The notes under the pieces are model-generated. The model made no database searches. It saw nothing but the letters and a program-made list of their open reading frames with translations, and was not told where the DNA came from. A program made the position numbers and the translations under genes. From Sedimentisphaerales bacterium (GTDB taxonomy: Bacteria; Planctomycetota; Phycisphaerae; Sedimentisphaerales; Anaerobacaceae): a stretch of DNA of 64,000 nt. Where the stretch lies: NCBI GenBank assembly GCA_040772485.1, contig JAXGYC010000008.1, positions 416,001-480,000 of the forward strand. The letters run 5' to 3'. This document shows positions 1 to 9,971 of this stretch, in pieces (position 1 is the first letter of the stretch; each line of letters starts with the position of its first letter).

Positions 1-1713
1 ATACTCGAGCTTGACGAAGACCCTGCCCTGGTCCGTCTGCGAGACGAAGTTGAATCCGACCTTGCCCCCCAGGGACATGGCGTGGAGGAACAACAGGATC
101 GTGACGGCCAGGACACCCAACGCGGCAACGCGGTGCCTGTCATTGAATGAAAGGACACGCCGGTAGCCGGCGATGGCGGCGTCCAGGAAACGGTTGAATC
201 CCGTCTCCACGCGATGCAAGATCCCTCCTTGCTGCCCGTTGCCCGGCTTGAGCAGGAGCGAGCACAGAATCGGCGTCAGCGTGAACGAGATGAACAGGGA
301 CACCGCCGTCATGATGAGCATCGTCCAGGCCAGGGGCCTCATGAACTGGCCGATGATACTGCCCATCATGGCGATGGGAAACAGCACGACGATGTTGGTC
401 CCGGCGCTGGCGACCACCGCCACGGTGACTTCCTTGGCTCCCAGCCGGGCGGCTTCCTTCGGATTGCCCGTGTCCTTGAGGCGCGAGACGATGGACTCCA
501 GGACCACGATGGAATTCGTCACCAGAATGCCCACCGACAGGCCGATGGAGATCAGCGTCGAGGTGTTCAGCGTGTAGCCGGCCAGTTGCATGAAGAACAG
601 GCCGATGACGATCGTCAGCGGCATCGTGATCGCGACCACCAGCGTGGCTCGGACGTTGTACAGAAAGAAGAACAGAATCGCAGCCGTCAGCAGAATACCC
701 TGCCCCACGTTGCTCCAGGCGCTCTGGACGGAGGCCTCGATGAACCGTCCATCGTCGCTGACCCAGACCAGCTCCATGCCGCCAGGCAGTTGTTCGCCGA
801 GACGGTCGAATGCCTCGCGGACGCGGCCGACCACCTTCACGGCGTTGGCGTCCGCTTTCTTGACGACCTTCACGTACACGCAGGGTTTGCCGTCGATGGC
901 GGCCTTCTGGCGGAGCTCTTCCGTGGTCATGACCACCGTGCCGATGTCGCGGATGTAGCAGCGCCTCCCGTCCTCGCCGGCCACTTCGAGTGTGGCGATC
1001 TCCGGGACCTCCTTGTATTCGGCGTCGAACTTCACCGAGTACTCCCGGCCGCGGTCCGTCACACGGCCGCTGGGAATCGTTCGCACGGCCTGTTGCAGCG
1101 CCTGGACGACGTTCAGGCTCGACAGGCCCTTGGCGGCCAGCCGCTCCCGGTCCAGCATCACGTGCACCTCGCGCTTGGCCCCGCCAACAAGCTCGACATT
1201 CGCGACACCGGAAATCACCGTGAGGCGGTCCCGCAGCGTGTTATTGGCGAAGTCGTACAGCTCGTCGAGAGGGGCATCACCCGTCAACGCCATGTTGATG
1301 ATCGGCTGGGCGTTGATGTCGAACTTCAGAATCTTCGGGTCTTCCACGTCTTGCGGGAAATCCGCCTTGATCAAGTCGAGCTTCTCGCGCACGTCGGTCG
1401 CCGCGATATCCACATCGACGTCCAGCTCGAATTCGAGCAGGGTCTGGCAGACGTTCTCCATGCAGGCGGAGCTGACGTGCTTGAGGCCGTCGATGGTGAC
1501 CACCTGGTCCTCGATGGGCTTGGCCACGTCCGTCTCGATCTGCTCCGGACTGGCGCCGGGATAGATCGTGGTCACCGTGATATAGGGCACGTCCATCTTG
1601 GGCATCAGCTCCAGACCCAGCTTGCGGTACGCATTCAAACCCAGCAGGGTTAGGCCGATGATCAGACAGCTCATGGCGATGGGCCGGCGGATGGAAGCAT
1701 CGGACAGGAACAT
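1..1713 (-). CDS. RND efflux permease, AcrB/AcrD/AcrF family (3' end runs off window)
   Basis: Minus-strand ATG at 1713 overlaps the upstream TAA (TAATG). It reads MFLSDASIRRPIAMSCLIIGLTLLGLNAYRKLGLELMPKMDVPYITVTTIYPGASPEQIETDVAKPIE, a classic AcrB N-terminus, and follows an MFP gene. Confidence 0.95.
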   Translation of the reverse strand, partial: MFLSDASIRRPIAMSCLIIGLTLLGLNAYRKLGLELMPKMDVPYITVTTIYPGASPEQIETDVAKPIEDQVVTIDGLKHVSSACMENVCQTLLEFELDVDVDIAATDVREKLDLIKADFPQDVEDPKILKFDINAQPIINMALTGDAPLDELYDFANNTLRDRLTVISGVANVELVGGAKREVHVMLDRERLAAKGLSSLNVVQALQQAVRTIPSGRVTDRGREYSVKFDAEYKEVPEIATLEVAGEDGRRCYIRDIGTVVMTTEELRQKAAIDGKPCVYVKVVKKADANAVKVVGRVREAFDRLGEQLPGGMELVWVSDDGRFIEASVQSAWSNVGQGILLTAAILFFFLYNVRATLVVAITMPLTIVIGLFFMQLAGYTLNTSTLISIGLSVGILVTNSIVVLESIVSRLKDTGNPKEAARLGAKEVTVAVVASAGTNIVVLFPIAMMGSIIGQFMRPLAWTMLIMTAVSLFISFTLTPILCSLLLKPGNGQQGGILHRVETGFNRFLDAAIAGYRRVLSFNDRHRVAALGVLAVTILLFLHAMSLGGKVGFNFVSQTDQGRVFVKLEY

Positions 1714-2954
1714 TACTTCTCCTCCTGTTGAACGCTGACCGCCATGCCTGGCTCCACCATATACTGGCCCATGGTGACGACCGAGGCTCCTTCCTTCAAG
1801 TCGCCTTCGCGAATCTCGGTCCAGCCGTCGGTTTCGATTCCCGTCGTGACGGGAACCTGGCGCGCCACCGCATTCTCGATGACGAAGACGACCGCCTGTC
1901 CACCTCGCTGCTGGATCGCCTGCGAAGGCACACCCAAGCCCTGACGGCCCTCCAGGGCCACAACGATGTGGGCCATGGCTCCGGATGTCACCCCTTCCGG
2001 CGGATCGGTCAGAATGCACTTCACTTCGAAGCTGCGCAGTTTCGGGTCGATCGTCGGACTCTTGTACGTGATGACGTGCCGACCGATGTCCACGCCGGAG
2101 GACTGGATTCTCATGGCCGTTTGTCCCGGGACCACCGCCGCGTAGTACTCCGCCGGCAGGAAGGCCGTCACTTCCACAACCGAGGTGTCGTCAATGCGCA
2201 CCACCGGATGGCCCGGGCTGCCCATCTCACCCGGCTCCTGCAGGCGAACGCTCACCTTTCCGTCGATAGGAGCGTAGACCACCGCATCGGCCAGGTCTTT
2301 CCGGGCGATTGCCAGCTCGGCCTGGCTCTGCGCCTCTTTGGCGGCCGCCAGCTCCACTTGCGCTTCCGCCAATCGGCGTGCCGCCTGAAGCTGATGATAG
2401 CGCGATTGCTGCTGCTCGAACGCGTCGGCGGTCACCGCCTGCTTGTCGCGCAGCCGCTCGAAACGTTGGTAGTCCAGTTCGGCTTTGCGAAGGTCGACCT
2501 CGATCCGTTCGAGATTGGCGGCCGATTCGCGGCTGGCACTTCGCGCTACGAGAGTGGCATGTTCCTTGATCTGCACGTTCTTTTCCAGATTGGCCGCATC
2601 CGTTTGAAAGAGTCGGGTCTTTCCCCCGACGACGGCATCGCCCTCCTCGACGAAGATCGCCTCGATCGTCCCTGGGACTCGCGGGGAAACCATCGCAAAA
2701 CTCTTGCTCTCCAGGTTCCCCTGAACCACGAGGACGCGCTCGAAATCTCGAATCGCCGCGGCGGTCGTGACGACGGAGGTGCGCTGTGGTTCGCTTTGCG
2801 ATTCGGTCGTTGCCGGTTGCCCGGCACGGCTCTTCTGCTGGTACAGGAAGTATCCGCCCGCGCCGAGGCAGACGAGCGCCGCGACGCCAATCGAGACGTT
2901 TCGCACTGTATGGGACTTGCCGGATGGTGTCTTCTTCTCAGGATGGGCCGTCAT
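1713..2954 (-). CDS. RND periplasmic adaptor (membrane fusion protein)
   Basis: N-terminal TM anchor, lipoyl-like halves (PRVPGTIEAIFVEEGD / APIDGKV) and a coiled-coil hairpin. Lies between TolC and RND genes. Confidence 0.93.
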   Translation of the reverse strand: MTAHPEKKTPSGKSHTVRNVSIGVAALVCLGAGGYFLYQQKSRAGQPATTESQSEPQRTSVVTTAAAIRDFERVLVVQGNLESKSFAMVSPRVPGTIEAIFVEEGDAVVGGKTRLFQTDAANLEKNVQIKEHATLVARSASRESAANLERIEVDLRKAELDYQRFERLRDKQAVTADAFEQQQSRYHQLQAARRLAEAQVELAAAKEAQSQAELAIARKDLADAVVYAPIDGKVSVRLQEPGEMGSPGHPVVRIDDTSVVEVTAFLPAEYYAAVVPGQTAMRIQSSGVDIGRHVITYKSPTIDPKLRSFEVKCILTDPPEGVTSGAMAHIVVALEGRQGLGVPSQAIQQRGGQAVVFVIENAVARQVPVTTGIETDGWTEIREGDLKEGASVVTMGQYMVEPGMAVSVQQEEK

Positions 2955-4353
2955 GCTCTGGCTCCTCGATGTCGATCTTGGTCTTCCCCATGACATTCAA
3001 TAACGTGGCAATGCCGACCTGGTGCTGGAACTTCGCGGCGATAGCCTGCACGCGCGCCTTGTCCCGCTGCGCCGTCAGATCGAGCATTTCCGATGAGTCA
3101 ATCAGTCCTTCACGCCACTTCTGCTCGGCCTCCACGACTCGCTCGACGGTCACATCATAGGCGCTCTGGGCCAGGGCGGCCTGTTCCGTGGCGGTGTCGA
3201 GCATCAGATGGGCTCGGATCACCTCCAATATGACCGTCAGAGAAGCCTGTTCTCTCTGGAGGAAGCTCTCCTCTCGACGCGCCCTGGCGGCCTTGTACTC
3301 GTTGACGTTGGCGAACCCGTTGAAGAGAGTCATCGTTCCCGAGAGGCCGTAGACCCACTGCCCGGAGGTATCGACGAAATCGTCGATGGAGTCAGGATAG
3401 GTGGCGAAACCGAACACTTGAGGAAGAAAGTTGGATACCGCGATCTTGACTTGTTCCTTCTGAATCTCGACGTTGCGATCCGCAATACGCAGATGGGGGT
3501 GATTCAGCAGCGCTTCGGTAATCCGTTCTTCGAGGGTGCCCGCCGGTATCTCCAGCGGCGTCTGAGGCGCCAGTGCGATCTGCGCCATGGGAGAGAGCCC
3601 CATCGCGGCCAGAAGATCGGCCTTGGCCTGTTGTAGGTCGCGTTGCGTTCGCTGCCATTCCAGCCGCCGGGCCCGCACGAGAACCTGTGCCTGATCGGCC
3701 TGCCACGCGCTGACGAGCCCTTCTTCACGGAGCGACCGCAACCGCTTCTCGGTTTCCAGTGCCGCTGTCACTTCGCTTTTCAGGGCGTGATCCATCTCCT
3801 CCAGCGACAGGCACTGGTAGTAAAGCACTGTGGTCTGAAGGACCGTGACCTGCCGACTGTACATTGTCACCAGCTCGGCGATTTCTGCCCCCCGTTTGTG
3901 CATCGCATAGAGAAACCAGGTCGCCGGGTTGAAGATCGACATGTTCGCCTGCCAAGTAATCGTCCGGACCTTGTCGATGCGCAGGGTCGTGTCGGACAGC
4001 TCCAGGGCAATGGCCGGGTCGAACTCATAGTGCATGTAGCCGACGTCCAGAACAGGCAGGAAGTTGGCGAAGGCGATTTTGCGTTCGAGGGTCGCGATGC
4101 GTTGCTGAATCTGAGAGCTCCTGACGTCGAGATTGTTCTCCAGTGCGATGCGTATACAGGCGTCCAGATTCAGCGGCCCCCTGCCGGTCAGCACCTCCTC
4201 GGTCTTCTCTGCCAGTTCCGCCGGATAGCGCTCCGCGTGCTCGGCCCGCACTTTCTGGCCATCGAAGGACCGGCAGCCCGTCAGCGCTGTGACCAGCAGG
4301 ATCGCAATGCCCGGCACGCCGATGGTTCCACAGACGGTTCTGATTCTACCCAT
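2938..4353 (-). CDS. TolC-family outer membrane efflux protein
   Basis: Lipobox LTGC, LNLDACIRIALENNLD motif, two OEP repeats (NFLP twice), operon context. Confidence 0.9.
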   Translation of the reverse strand: MGRIRTVCGTIGVPGIAILLVTALTGCRSFDGQKVRAEHAERYPAELAEKTEEVLTGRGPLNLDACIRIALENNLDVRSSQIQQRIATLERKIAFANFLPVLDVGYMHYEFDPAIALELSDTTLRIDKVRTITWQANMSIFNPATWFLYAMHKRGAEIAELVTMYSRQVTVLQTTVLYYQCLSLEEMDHALKSEVTAALETEKRLRSLREEGLVSAWQADQAQVLVRARRLEWQRTQRDLQQAKADLLAAMGLSPMAQIALAPQTPLEIPAGTLEERITEALLNHPHLRIADRNVEIQKEQVKIAVSNFLPQVFGFATYPDSIDDFVDTSGQWVYGLSGTMTLFNGFANVNEYKAARARREESFLQREQASLTVILEVIRAHLMLDTATEQAALAQSAYDVTVERVVEAEQKWREGLIDSSEMLDLTAQRDKARVQAIAAKFQHQVGIATLLNVMGKTKIDIEEPEHDGPS

Positions 4354-4972
4354 TCAAGATTCCTCTGAAGAACAACTCCTCGATGTCGGTGACTTTCTGC
4401 TCCAGCGCAGTCTCATCTGTATCCTCGGCCACGGAGAATACGATCGCACGCAATGCGGCATCCAGAGCGAGCGCCACCACGCGCGGATCGAGAGCCCGAA
4501 ACGTTCCCTTGCGGACGCCGGCGGCGTAGACCTGCCTGAGCCTCGTCTGCAACGCGTCATGGACCTTGACCGCCGTTTCGCTGAAACGGGTTGTGCCGAT
4601 TTGGGACAGCCGTCCCTGGTTGGCCCGGAGAAACAGCCGGATCGCCGCCGAATTCTCGCGGAAGACACGCACGCTGGCCCTGATGAAGCCGGCGAGCTTC
4701 TCCCGCTCATCTGCTTGCCCGTCGAGGAATGGCTGGACGACCGACAGAACGTTATCCGCCACCTCGTTCATGATCTCCAAATACAGCGCCTCTTTGCTGT
4801 CGAAGAAGCTGTAGATCGTTCCGGTGGCGAACTCGGCCTCGGCCGCGATCTCCTGCATGGAGACGTTGTGGAAGCCCTTCTCGGAGAAGAGCCTCATCGC
4901 CGCATCCACAATCTCGTCCCTGTGCCGCTGCCGCTCACGCTGCCTCCGGGACGGTCTCGTCGTTTCGGCCAT
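4346..4972 (-). CDS. TetR/AcrR family regulator
   Basis: HTH IVDAAMRLFSEKGFHNVSMQEIAAEAEFATGTIYSFFDSKEAL. Alternative start at 4984. Confidence 0.93.
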   Translation of the reverse strand: MAETTRPSRRQRERQRHRDEIVDAAMRLFSEKGFHNVSMQEIAAEAEFATGTIYSFFDSKEALYLEIMNEVADNVLSVVQPFLDGQADEREKLAGFIRASVRVFRENSAAIRLFLRANQGRLSQIGTTRFSETAVKVHDALQTRLRQVYAAGVRKGTFRALDPRVVALALDAALRAIVFSVAEDTDETALEQKVTDIEELFFRGILNG

Positions 4973-5028
4973 GGTTTTACCCATAGAAACCACAGAAAGC
5001 GAACAGACAATCATCTACTGACCATGAT

Positions 5029-5053
5029 ATTCATATTATGAATCCATATTCAT
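5029..5053. promoter_or_regulatory. Putative TetR operator(s) overlapping the efflux operon promoter
   Basis: Perfect ATTCATA-T-TATGAAT (5029-5043) overlapping ATGAAT-CCAT-ATTCAT (5038-5053). Minus-strand TTGCGT-N16-CATAAT spans them. Confidence 0.6.
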
Positions 5054-5269
5054 CTCACGCAAGACAATTTCGCAAATTAGGTCGACATAGGTTTTAAGTC
5101 TGCTATATGAAAGTACTTATGGCATCAGAATTCCGTCGGCCCTTGCGTGGATATGCGGGCAGACTTGTCTTTTGTGCTTGCCGCAAGCCCGATGGCGGCT
5201 ACAATAACACCGGTTTAGGTCTGTTCGCCGGGCGTGCCTCGCGGACAGGCTCCTGTCGGATTGTAGCAC

Positions 5270-5356
5270 GGAGAGGTGTCGGAGCGGCTGATCGAGCTGG
5301 TTTCGAAAACCAGTGTACCGCTTGCGGTACCGCGGGTTCGAATCCCGCCCTCTCCG
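5270..5356 (+). tRNA. tRNA-Ser (CGA)
   Basis: GGAGAGG/CCTCTCC acceptor stem, anticodon arm CTGGT-TTCGAAA-ACCAG, long variable arm GTACCGC-TT-GCGGTAC, T loop GGTTCGAATCC, discriminator G. CCA is not encoded. Confidence 0.97.
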
Positions 5357-5423
5357 TTTTTTCGCCCGCATGGGCACCGCGTCCAGTCCGCGTATTCGAT
5401 GACAGAGGAGTCGCCGTATTCGC

Positions 5424-6488
5424 ATGAAGGCATTCCCGTGCGCCGACGCCAAGCCACCTGATCGCCCCGCGAGAAGATTCTTCGCCAGACTGGGCCTGGC
5501 TGTCATTGCCTCACTTCTGACCGTTTGCGGCGTGGAGCTTGTCCTGCGCAGTTTCTTCCCCCTCTACACGGCAGGTGGAGTCGTGGGGCTGTACCAATAC
5601 GACGCGGAGCTGGGAGACCGCCTCCGTCCCGGCATCCACTTCACGCGAACGACCGACTATCAGGAGGAGATACACACCAACAAGCTCGGGACAGTGAATT
5701 TCCAGGAATCCTTCGAGCCATACGAACGGATCGTGTTTGCGGCGGGCGATTCGTACACGCAAGGGACCGGCCTGCCGACGGACGCGTCCTATCCGTTCCA
5801 ACTTGACCTGCTGCTCAACATGCAGGATGGCGCCTATCGACAGACCTATGGCGTCGTCAATCTGGGACTGTCCGCCTATGGTTTGGAGCAGACCCTGATC
5901 TGTCTGCGTCGCTATGCCGGCATTCTGGGCCGGCCGGATTACATCCTCTTCCTCGGCTGCGACAACGACTATGTGGACGACGTCGAGTTCCGCGAAGGGG
6001 ATCGCCACCGCCATCTGACAGAAGGGAATCCCCATTGGGGTCCATGGCTCAAGCCGCTTCAATGGCTGACCGTTGGCACCGAGCTCGGCAAACGACTGAA
6101 GGTCGGGATCCGAACGGTGCAGAGGAAGCGTCGTCTGGCTGCGTCGAGACCCCCGGTATCCGAGCATCAAACGCCGTGTCCCGCGGCCTTTGAGGAGCCC
6201 GCGCTCGCAAGACTGCTGGAGGCCGCGTCGGAGCTGGGCGCCACTCTGGTGGTCAGTTGGGCCGCCCTGCCGGACGATCCATCGCCCTCGTACCGGTGGT
6301 TCAAGGAGTGGGCCCGCTCCCACAACGTCGCCTTTGCCGATTGGCACGGGCGCGTCCAATCGGCACGCGAGGCCATCGAGGGACTTCCTATGCTGAATCC
6401 CCACTCCGGCGGCCACTATCGGACATGGGTGAACACGATGATCGCCGCGTCGTTCGCCGAGCAGATCCGCGCCTCAGAAAACCCCTGA
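5424..6488 (+). CDS. Membrane-anchored SGNH/GDSL hydrolase-like protein
   Basis: N-terminal TM with the CGVELVLR motif, block I AGDSYTQG, block II VVNLGLSAYG, block III GCDND, C-terminal GGHY. Confidence 0.75.
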   Translation: MKAFPCADAKPPDRPARRFFARLGLAVIASLLTVCGVELVLRSFFPLYTAGGVVGLYQYDAELGDRLRPGIHFTRTTDYQEEIHTNKLGTVNFQESFEPYERIVFAAGDSYTQGTGLPTDASYPFQLDLLLNMQDGAYRQTYGVVNLGLSAYGLEQTLICLRRYAGILGRPDYILFLGCDNDYVDDVEFREGDRHRHLTEGNPHWGPWLKPLQWLTVGTELGKRLKVGIRTVQRKRRLAASRPPVSEHQTPCPAAFEEPALARLLEAASELGATLVVSWAALPDDPSPSYRWFKEWARSHNVAFADWHGRVQSAREAIEGLPMLNPHSGGHYRTWVNTMIAASFAEQIRASENP

Positions 6489-6616
6489 AATCACCGGCCG
6501 CAATCGGATCATCGACCCGGAGAGTCGTCAACAGCAACGCTCCAGGCCGGCATCCCCGACGGCCCAGTCCGATCGTCGCGATGCGCAGATGCCACGATGT
6601 CGGCGCCACTCCCCTT

Positions 6617-8320
6617 CTACTTGGGAAGGGACGCCTTCAGCTCGATGCCGTCCCATTGCAGTCCGCCGATAACCGCCTGGGCGATATTCGTCAGATGATC
6701 GCCCACCTTCTCGACGTTATCGACCAGATCGATAAAAACCAGCCCGGACTCCGCCGTGCACAGTCCTTCCTGCATCCGCTGAACGTGGCTGCGCCGGAAC
6801 TCAATCTGCATCCGGTTAAGGTTGTGCTCGTTCGGCAAGGCGGACCTGGCCGCCTGGGCGTCATCGTTCTGGAGGGCCTCGATGACCCGGTCAAACATGA
6901 GATCGACTTCCCCACGGAGCTGGCTGATCTCCGCCAGCGCCGAGTCGGTAAACGCGATCTTCTGTTCGATCTTGCGCATCGCAATCTCGACGACGTTCTC
7001 CGCGTGATCTCCGATTCGTTCGAGATCGTTGACCGTGTGCAACAGCACCGGAAGACCGCTGGCGACGTCTTCGGAAAGCTCTTTGCGGGACAGCTCCGTC
7101 AGGTAACTGGTGATCTCGTACTGGAGCGTGTCGGTGAATGCCTCCGCGACCTGGGCCGATTCGAGCTTCTTCTTGTCGTCGCCGAGCAGGCCGGCCACCG
7201 CATCCGTGAAACCGCTCTTGGCGACCGCGGCCATGTGCACGATCTCCCGCCTGGCTTGCTCCAGCGCGATGGCCGGTGTGTGGAGCAAGTGGCGTTCGAG
7301 GACCACGGCCTGCGCCCCCGCTTCGAACGCGCGCACCGGCACGATTCGGAGCACCGATTTTTCCAGTACCGTCGCCAACGGCAAGAAGATGACGGAGTAA
7401 ATCACGCTGGTCATCGTATGTGCCACAGCGATGCACCCCGCGATCGTCTTCGCCGAGAGTTCCCACGGGATCAGGAAATCCACCAAGACGCCGTACCAAC
7501 CCAGGAGAACGAACGGAAAGACAATTGCTCCGCCCAAGACATTGAACATGGTGTGCGCCCAGGCCGCCCGCCTGGCCGTGCGATTGGCCTGAAGGGCCGC
7601 AAGCTGCGCCGTGATCGTCGTGCCGATGTGGGCGCCCAGCACGAACGGAATCGCCATGTCCAACGCCACCTGCCAGTTGGTCCCGAAGGCGCCGCCCATC
7701 GCCAGCAACTGCACGATGGCAATCGACGCCGAGCTGCTCTGGACCAGCATGGTCAGTCCCCAGCCGACCAGGACCGCGAACAGCGGCTTGCTGCCGTAAG
7801 TGACGAAGATCTCCTGCACGCGCGTGCTCTTCTCCAGAGGCCCGAACGCCTCCTTCAGGTACTCGATCCCGAGGAACAACAGGCCGAACCCGAGGATGAT
7901 GGTGCCCACGCTCTTCATCGCCCGAGAGCGGCCGCCGATCTGGAGCACGAACCCCAACCCGATAGCCGGCAAAGCGTAGACCTCGATGCTCAAGCCGCCA
8001 AAGCCAGCGATCGACACCAGCCACGCGGTGGCGGTCGTGCCCACGTTGCTGCCGATGATCACGCCGATGGATTGCTTGAGGGTCAGTAGTCCCGCGTTGA
8101 CCAGTCCGATGACAATCACGGTCGTGGCAGAACTCGATTGGATGAATGCCGTTACCGCCAGTCCGACGAGAAAACCGATGTAGGTGTTCTTCGTCATCGT
8201 TTCCAAGACAATCTTGAGCCTGCGGCCTGCGACCTTCTTCAAACCGTCCGACATCTGGACCATTCCGTAGAGGAAAAGCCCCAGGCCCCCGACCACCCCA
8301 AGAAACATGCTACCGATCAT
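6617..8320 (-). CDS. Na+/Pi cotransporter family protein with PhoU domains
   Basis: GGLGLFLYGM start, two QSSSA motifs, GSNVGTT and GAHIGTT, PhoU-like DLERIGDHAEN and EKVGDHLTNIA. Confidence 0.95.
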   Translation of the reverse strand: MIGSMFLGVVGGLGLFLYGMVQMSDGLKKVAGRRLKIVLETMTKNTYIGFLVGLAVTAFIQSSSATTVIVIGLVNAGLLTLKQSIGVIIGSNVGTTATAWLVSIAGFGGLSIEVYALPAIGLGFVLQIGGRSRAMKSVGTIILGFGLLFLGIEYLKEAFGPLEKSTRVQEIFVTYGSKPLFAVLVGWGLTMLVQSSSASIAIVQLLAMGGAFGTNWQVALDMAIPFVLGAHIGTTITAQLAALQANRTARRAAWAHTMFNVLGGAIVFPFVLLGWYGVLVDFLIPWELSAKTIAGCIAVAHTMTSVIYSVIFLPLATVLEKSVLRIVPVRAFEAGAQAVVLERHLLHTPAIALEQARREIVHMAAVAKSGFTDAVAGLLGDDKKKLESAQVAEAFTDTLQYEITSYLTELSRKELSEDVASGLPVLLHTVNDLERIGDHAENVVEIAMRKIEQKIAFTDSALAEISQLRGEVDLMFDRVIEALQNDDAQAARSALPNEHNLNRMQIEFRRSHVQRMQEGLCTAESGLVFIDLVDNVEKVGDHLTNIAQAVIGGLQWDGIELKASLPK

Positions 8321-8403
8321 CCTGGCTCTCCCCACTGCGACATGGGAATGAACACGCGGTTTACATCCCTCCGCGCAGGGCTCGGACAACACCGTAGCGC
8401 GGC

Positions 8404-8432
8404 ATTCTACCGAGCGGGTGCCCAGGCTACAA
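8404..8432 (-). promoter_or_regulatory. Sigma70-like promoter of the Na/Pi cotransporter
   Basis: TTGTAG-N17-TAGAAT. Confidence 0.55.
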
Positions 8433-8588
8433 CTGGCACTCTGATTTCCTCCGCGATGCGGTAGCTGGCAGGATTTCTGAGCCGACCCCATACAGTCGGA
8501 AGGACCATTCGGTCAGATCGAACCGCCCTTCACCCACGCTGCGCAATACAGATCGGGTCTCTCAATCGGGCCGGTGCGCGATGCCAGA

Positions 8589-9971
8589 TCATTCCTCCGG
8601 CCGGTCGGGGCTCCAGGATCGGCTCATGGGGGCGCCGGAAGCCGTGAGCGATAACTCTGCCTGTATCGGGGCACTCGGTGGGACGACGGTCTCCTGCGAG
8701 ACCAGTCGGTCGGCCCCCCAGGAATCCAGCGATGCGTCTGCGATGACGCCGCGGCCGGTGTCGATCGCGCCTTCCAGCCAGGCCTCGATTTGGCGATCGG
8801 GAGAGAAGAGGCTGATCCCGATGCTGTCGGAGTCGAGCAAACCAAACCAGTCAACCTCCATCACGCTGCCGTCGGCCAGTTTCAGCTGGCCGCGACGGCC
8901 TTCGAAACGGGCGCCGTCAAAGGAGAGAACCAATTCACCGACGGGCGCTGCCTCGCTGTCATGGACGTCGTAGGTCCGCGTCGTAACGCTCGGTTCCGAA
9001 CCTGCCATGTCCCGCTGAAGGTAGCCGCGCAGCGTCACGAGCACGTTCACGTAAACGTCGAGGTGCGGCAGGTTCGTCGCATCGATGTACGTCAGTTCGT
9101 CTTCCTGGGGATCCGTCCCCGCCGGGTTGTCCTCCAGGGCGATGTACTCGAGGGCATCCATGTAGCACGTGATCGCGTCGATCCAATCCTGTCGGGCCTG
9201 CCGGATTGACGTCAGGTGATAGGCGTCCGTCTCCTCGACCCGCCGCCCTGCCAGACGCCGCGCCCATTCGATCAGAAGATTGCCGTCCCCGCCGGTCTCC
9301 TGAAGGTCGAATCGATACGAGAGTGCCTCATAGACATACGGCTTCTCACCGCATGCGATTTGTGCCTCCAGCATCCCCTTGTAGGCCAGGAACAAGCCTC
9401 TGAGAATCAGCACGTCCCCATAGTCGATCTCCAGATCGCCGGTCAGTCCCGTTTCCTCGGGGGACATGCACATCACGAACGGCGCGGGCGTATCCTCGAT
9501 GGAATCGAGTTCCGCGATGATCGACTCCAACCGAGGCAGGATCGAGCCATCAAGCACCCGGCGCACGTGGTTCGGGTCCGCTTCGGGCGGCAGAGGCTCC
9601 GGCCCGATCGGCTCATGCAGATTCCTGGAACGGACGCCGTCAAGCGCCCTGACGGCCACCCCGATTCCAAACCCGTCGGCCAGATCCAGAAGATCGTCGA
9701 CAGCCAGGACATCATCGTGGTCGAGGAACAGCATGGCCGCCTCAGTTATCGCCCGCAGCAGGACCAACTCGCGGTCCGTCCGGCAGTCGGGGCAGTTGGG
9801 GTCCTCGATTCCAGCATCGAAGATGTCGTAGGCATCGGCCAGACCCGCAGCCGTCCCCTGGCACATGTGCATGCGGCCGGCCAGGACGTAATCATCCGCC
9901 GAGAGGGCGGACGCCCCAGCGGGCAGGCCGCAACAAGTCAGAACGATCCAAGCCAGAGTCCGTTTGCCCAT
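8589..9971 (-). CDS. Secreted hypothetical protein
   Basis: Signal peptide MGKRTLAWIVLTCCGLPAGASA, acidic mature part, CPDC motif. No family recognised. Confidence 0.75.
   Translation of the reverse strand: MGKRTLAWIVLTCCGLPAGASALSADDYVLAGRMHMCQGTAAGLADAYDIFDAGIEDPNCPDCRTDRELVLLRAITEAAMLFLDHDDVLAVDDLLDLADGFGIGVAVRALDGVRSRNLHEPIGPEPLPPEADPNHVRRVLDGSILPRLESIIAELDSIEDTPAPFVMCMSPEETGLTGDLEIDYGDVLILRGLFLAYKGMLEAQIACGEKPYVYEALSYRFDLQETGGDGNLLIEWARRLAGRRVEETDAYHLTSIRQARQDWIDAITCYMDALEYIALEDNPAGTDPQEDELTYIDATNLPHLDVYVNVLVTLRGYLQRDMAGSEPSVTTRTYDVHDSEAAPVGELVLSFDGARFEGRRGQLKLADGSVMEVDWFGLLDSDSIGISLFSPDRQIEAWLEGAIDTGRGVIADASLDSWGADRLVSQETVVPPSAPIQAELSLTASGAPMSRSWSPDRPEE

Noticed and set aside
214..1653. 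479-aa plus-strand ORF
   Set aside because: Antisense shadow of the RND gene, typical of high-GC DNA.
5270..6488. Genomic island at tRNA-Ser
   Set aside because: No integrase and no duplicated tRNA 3' end seen in the window.
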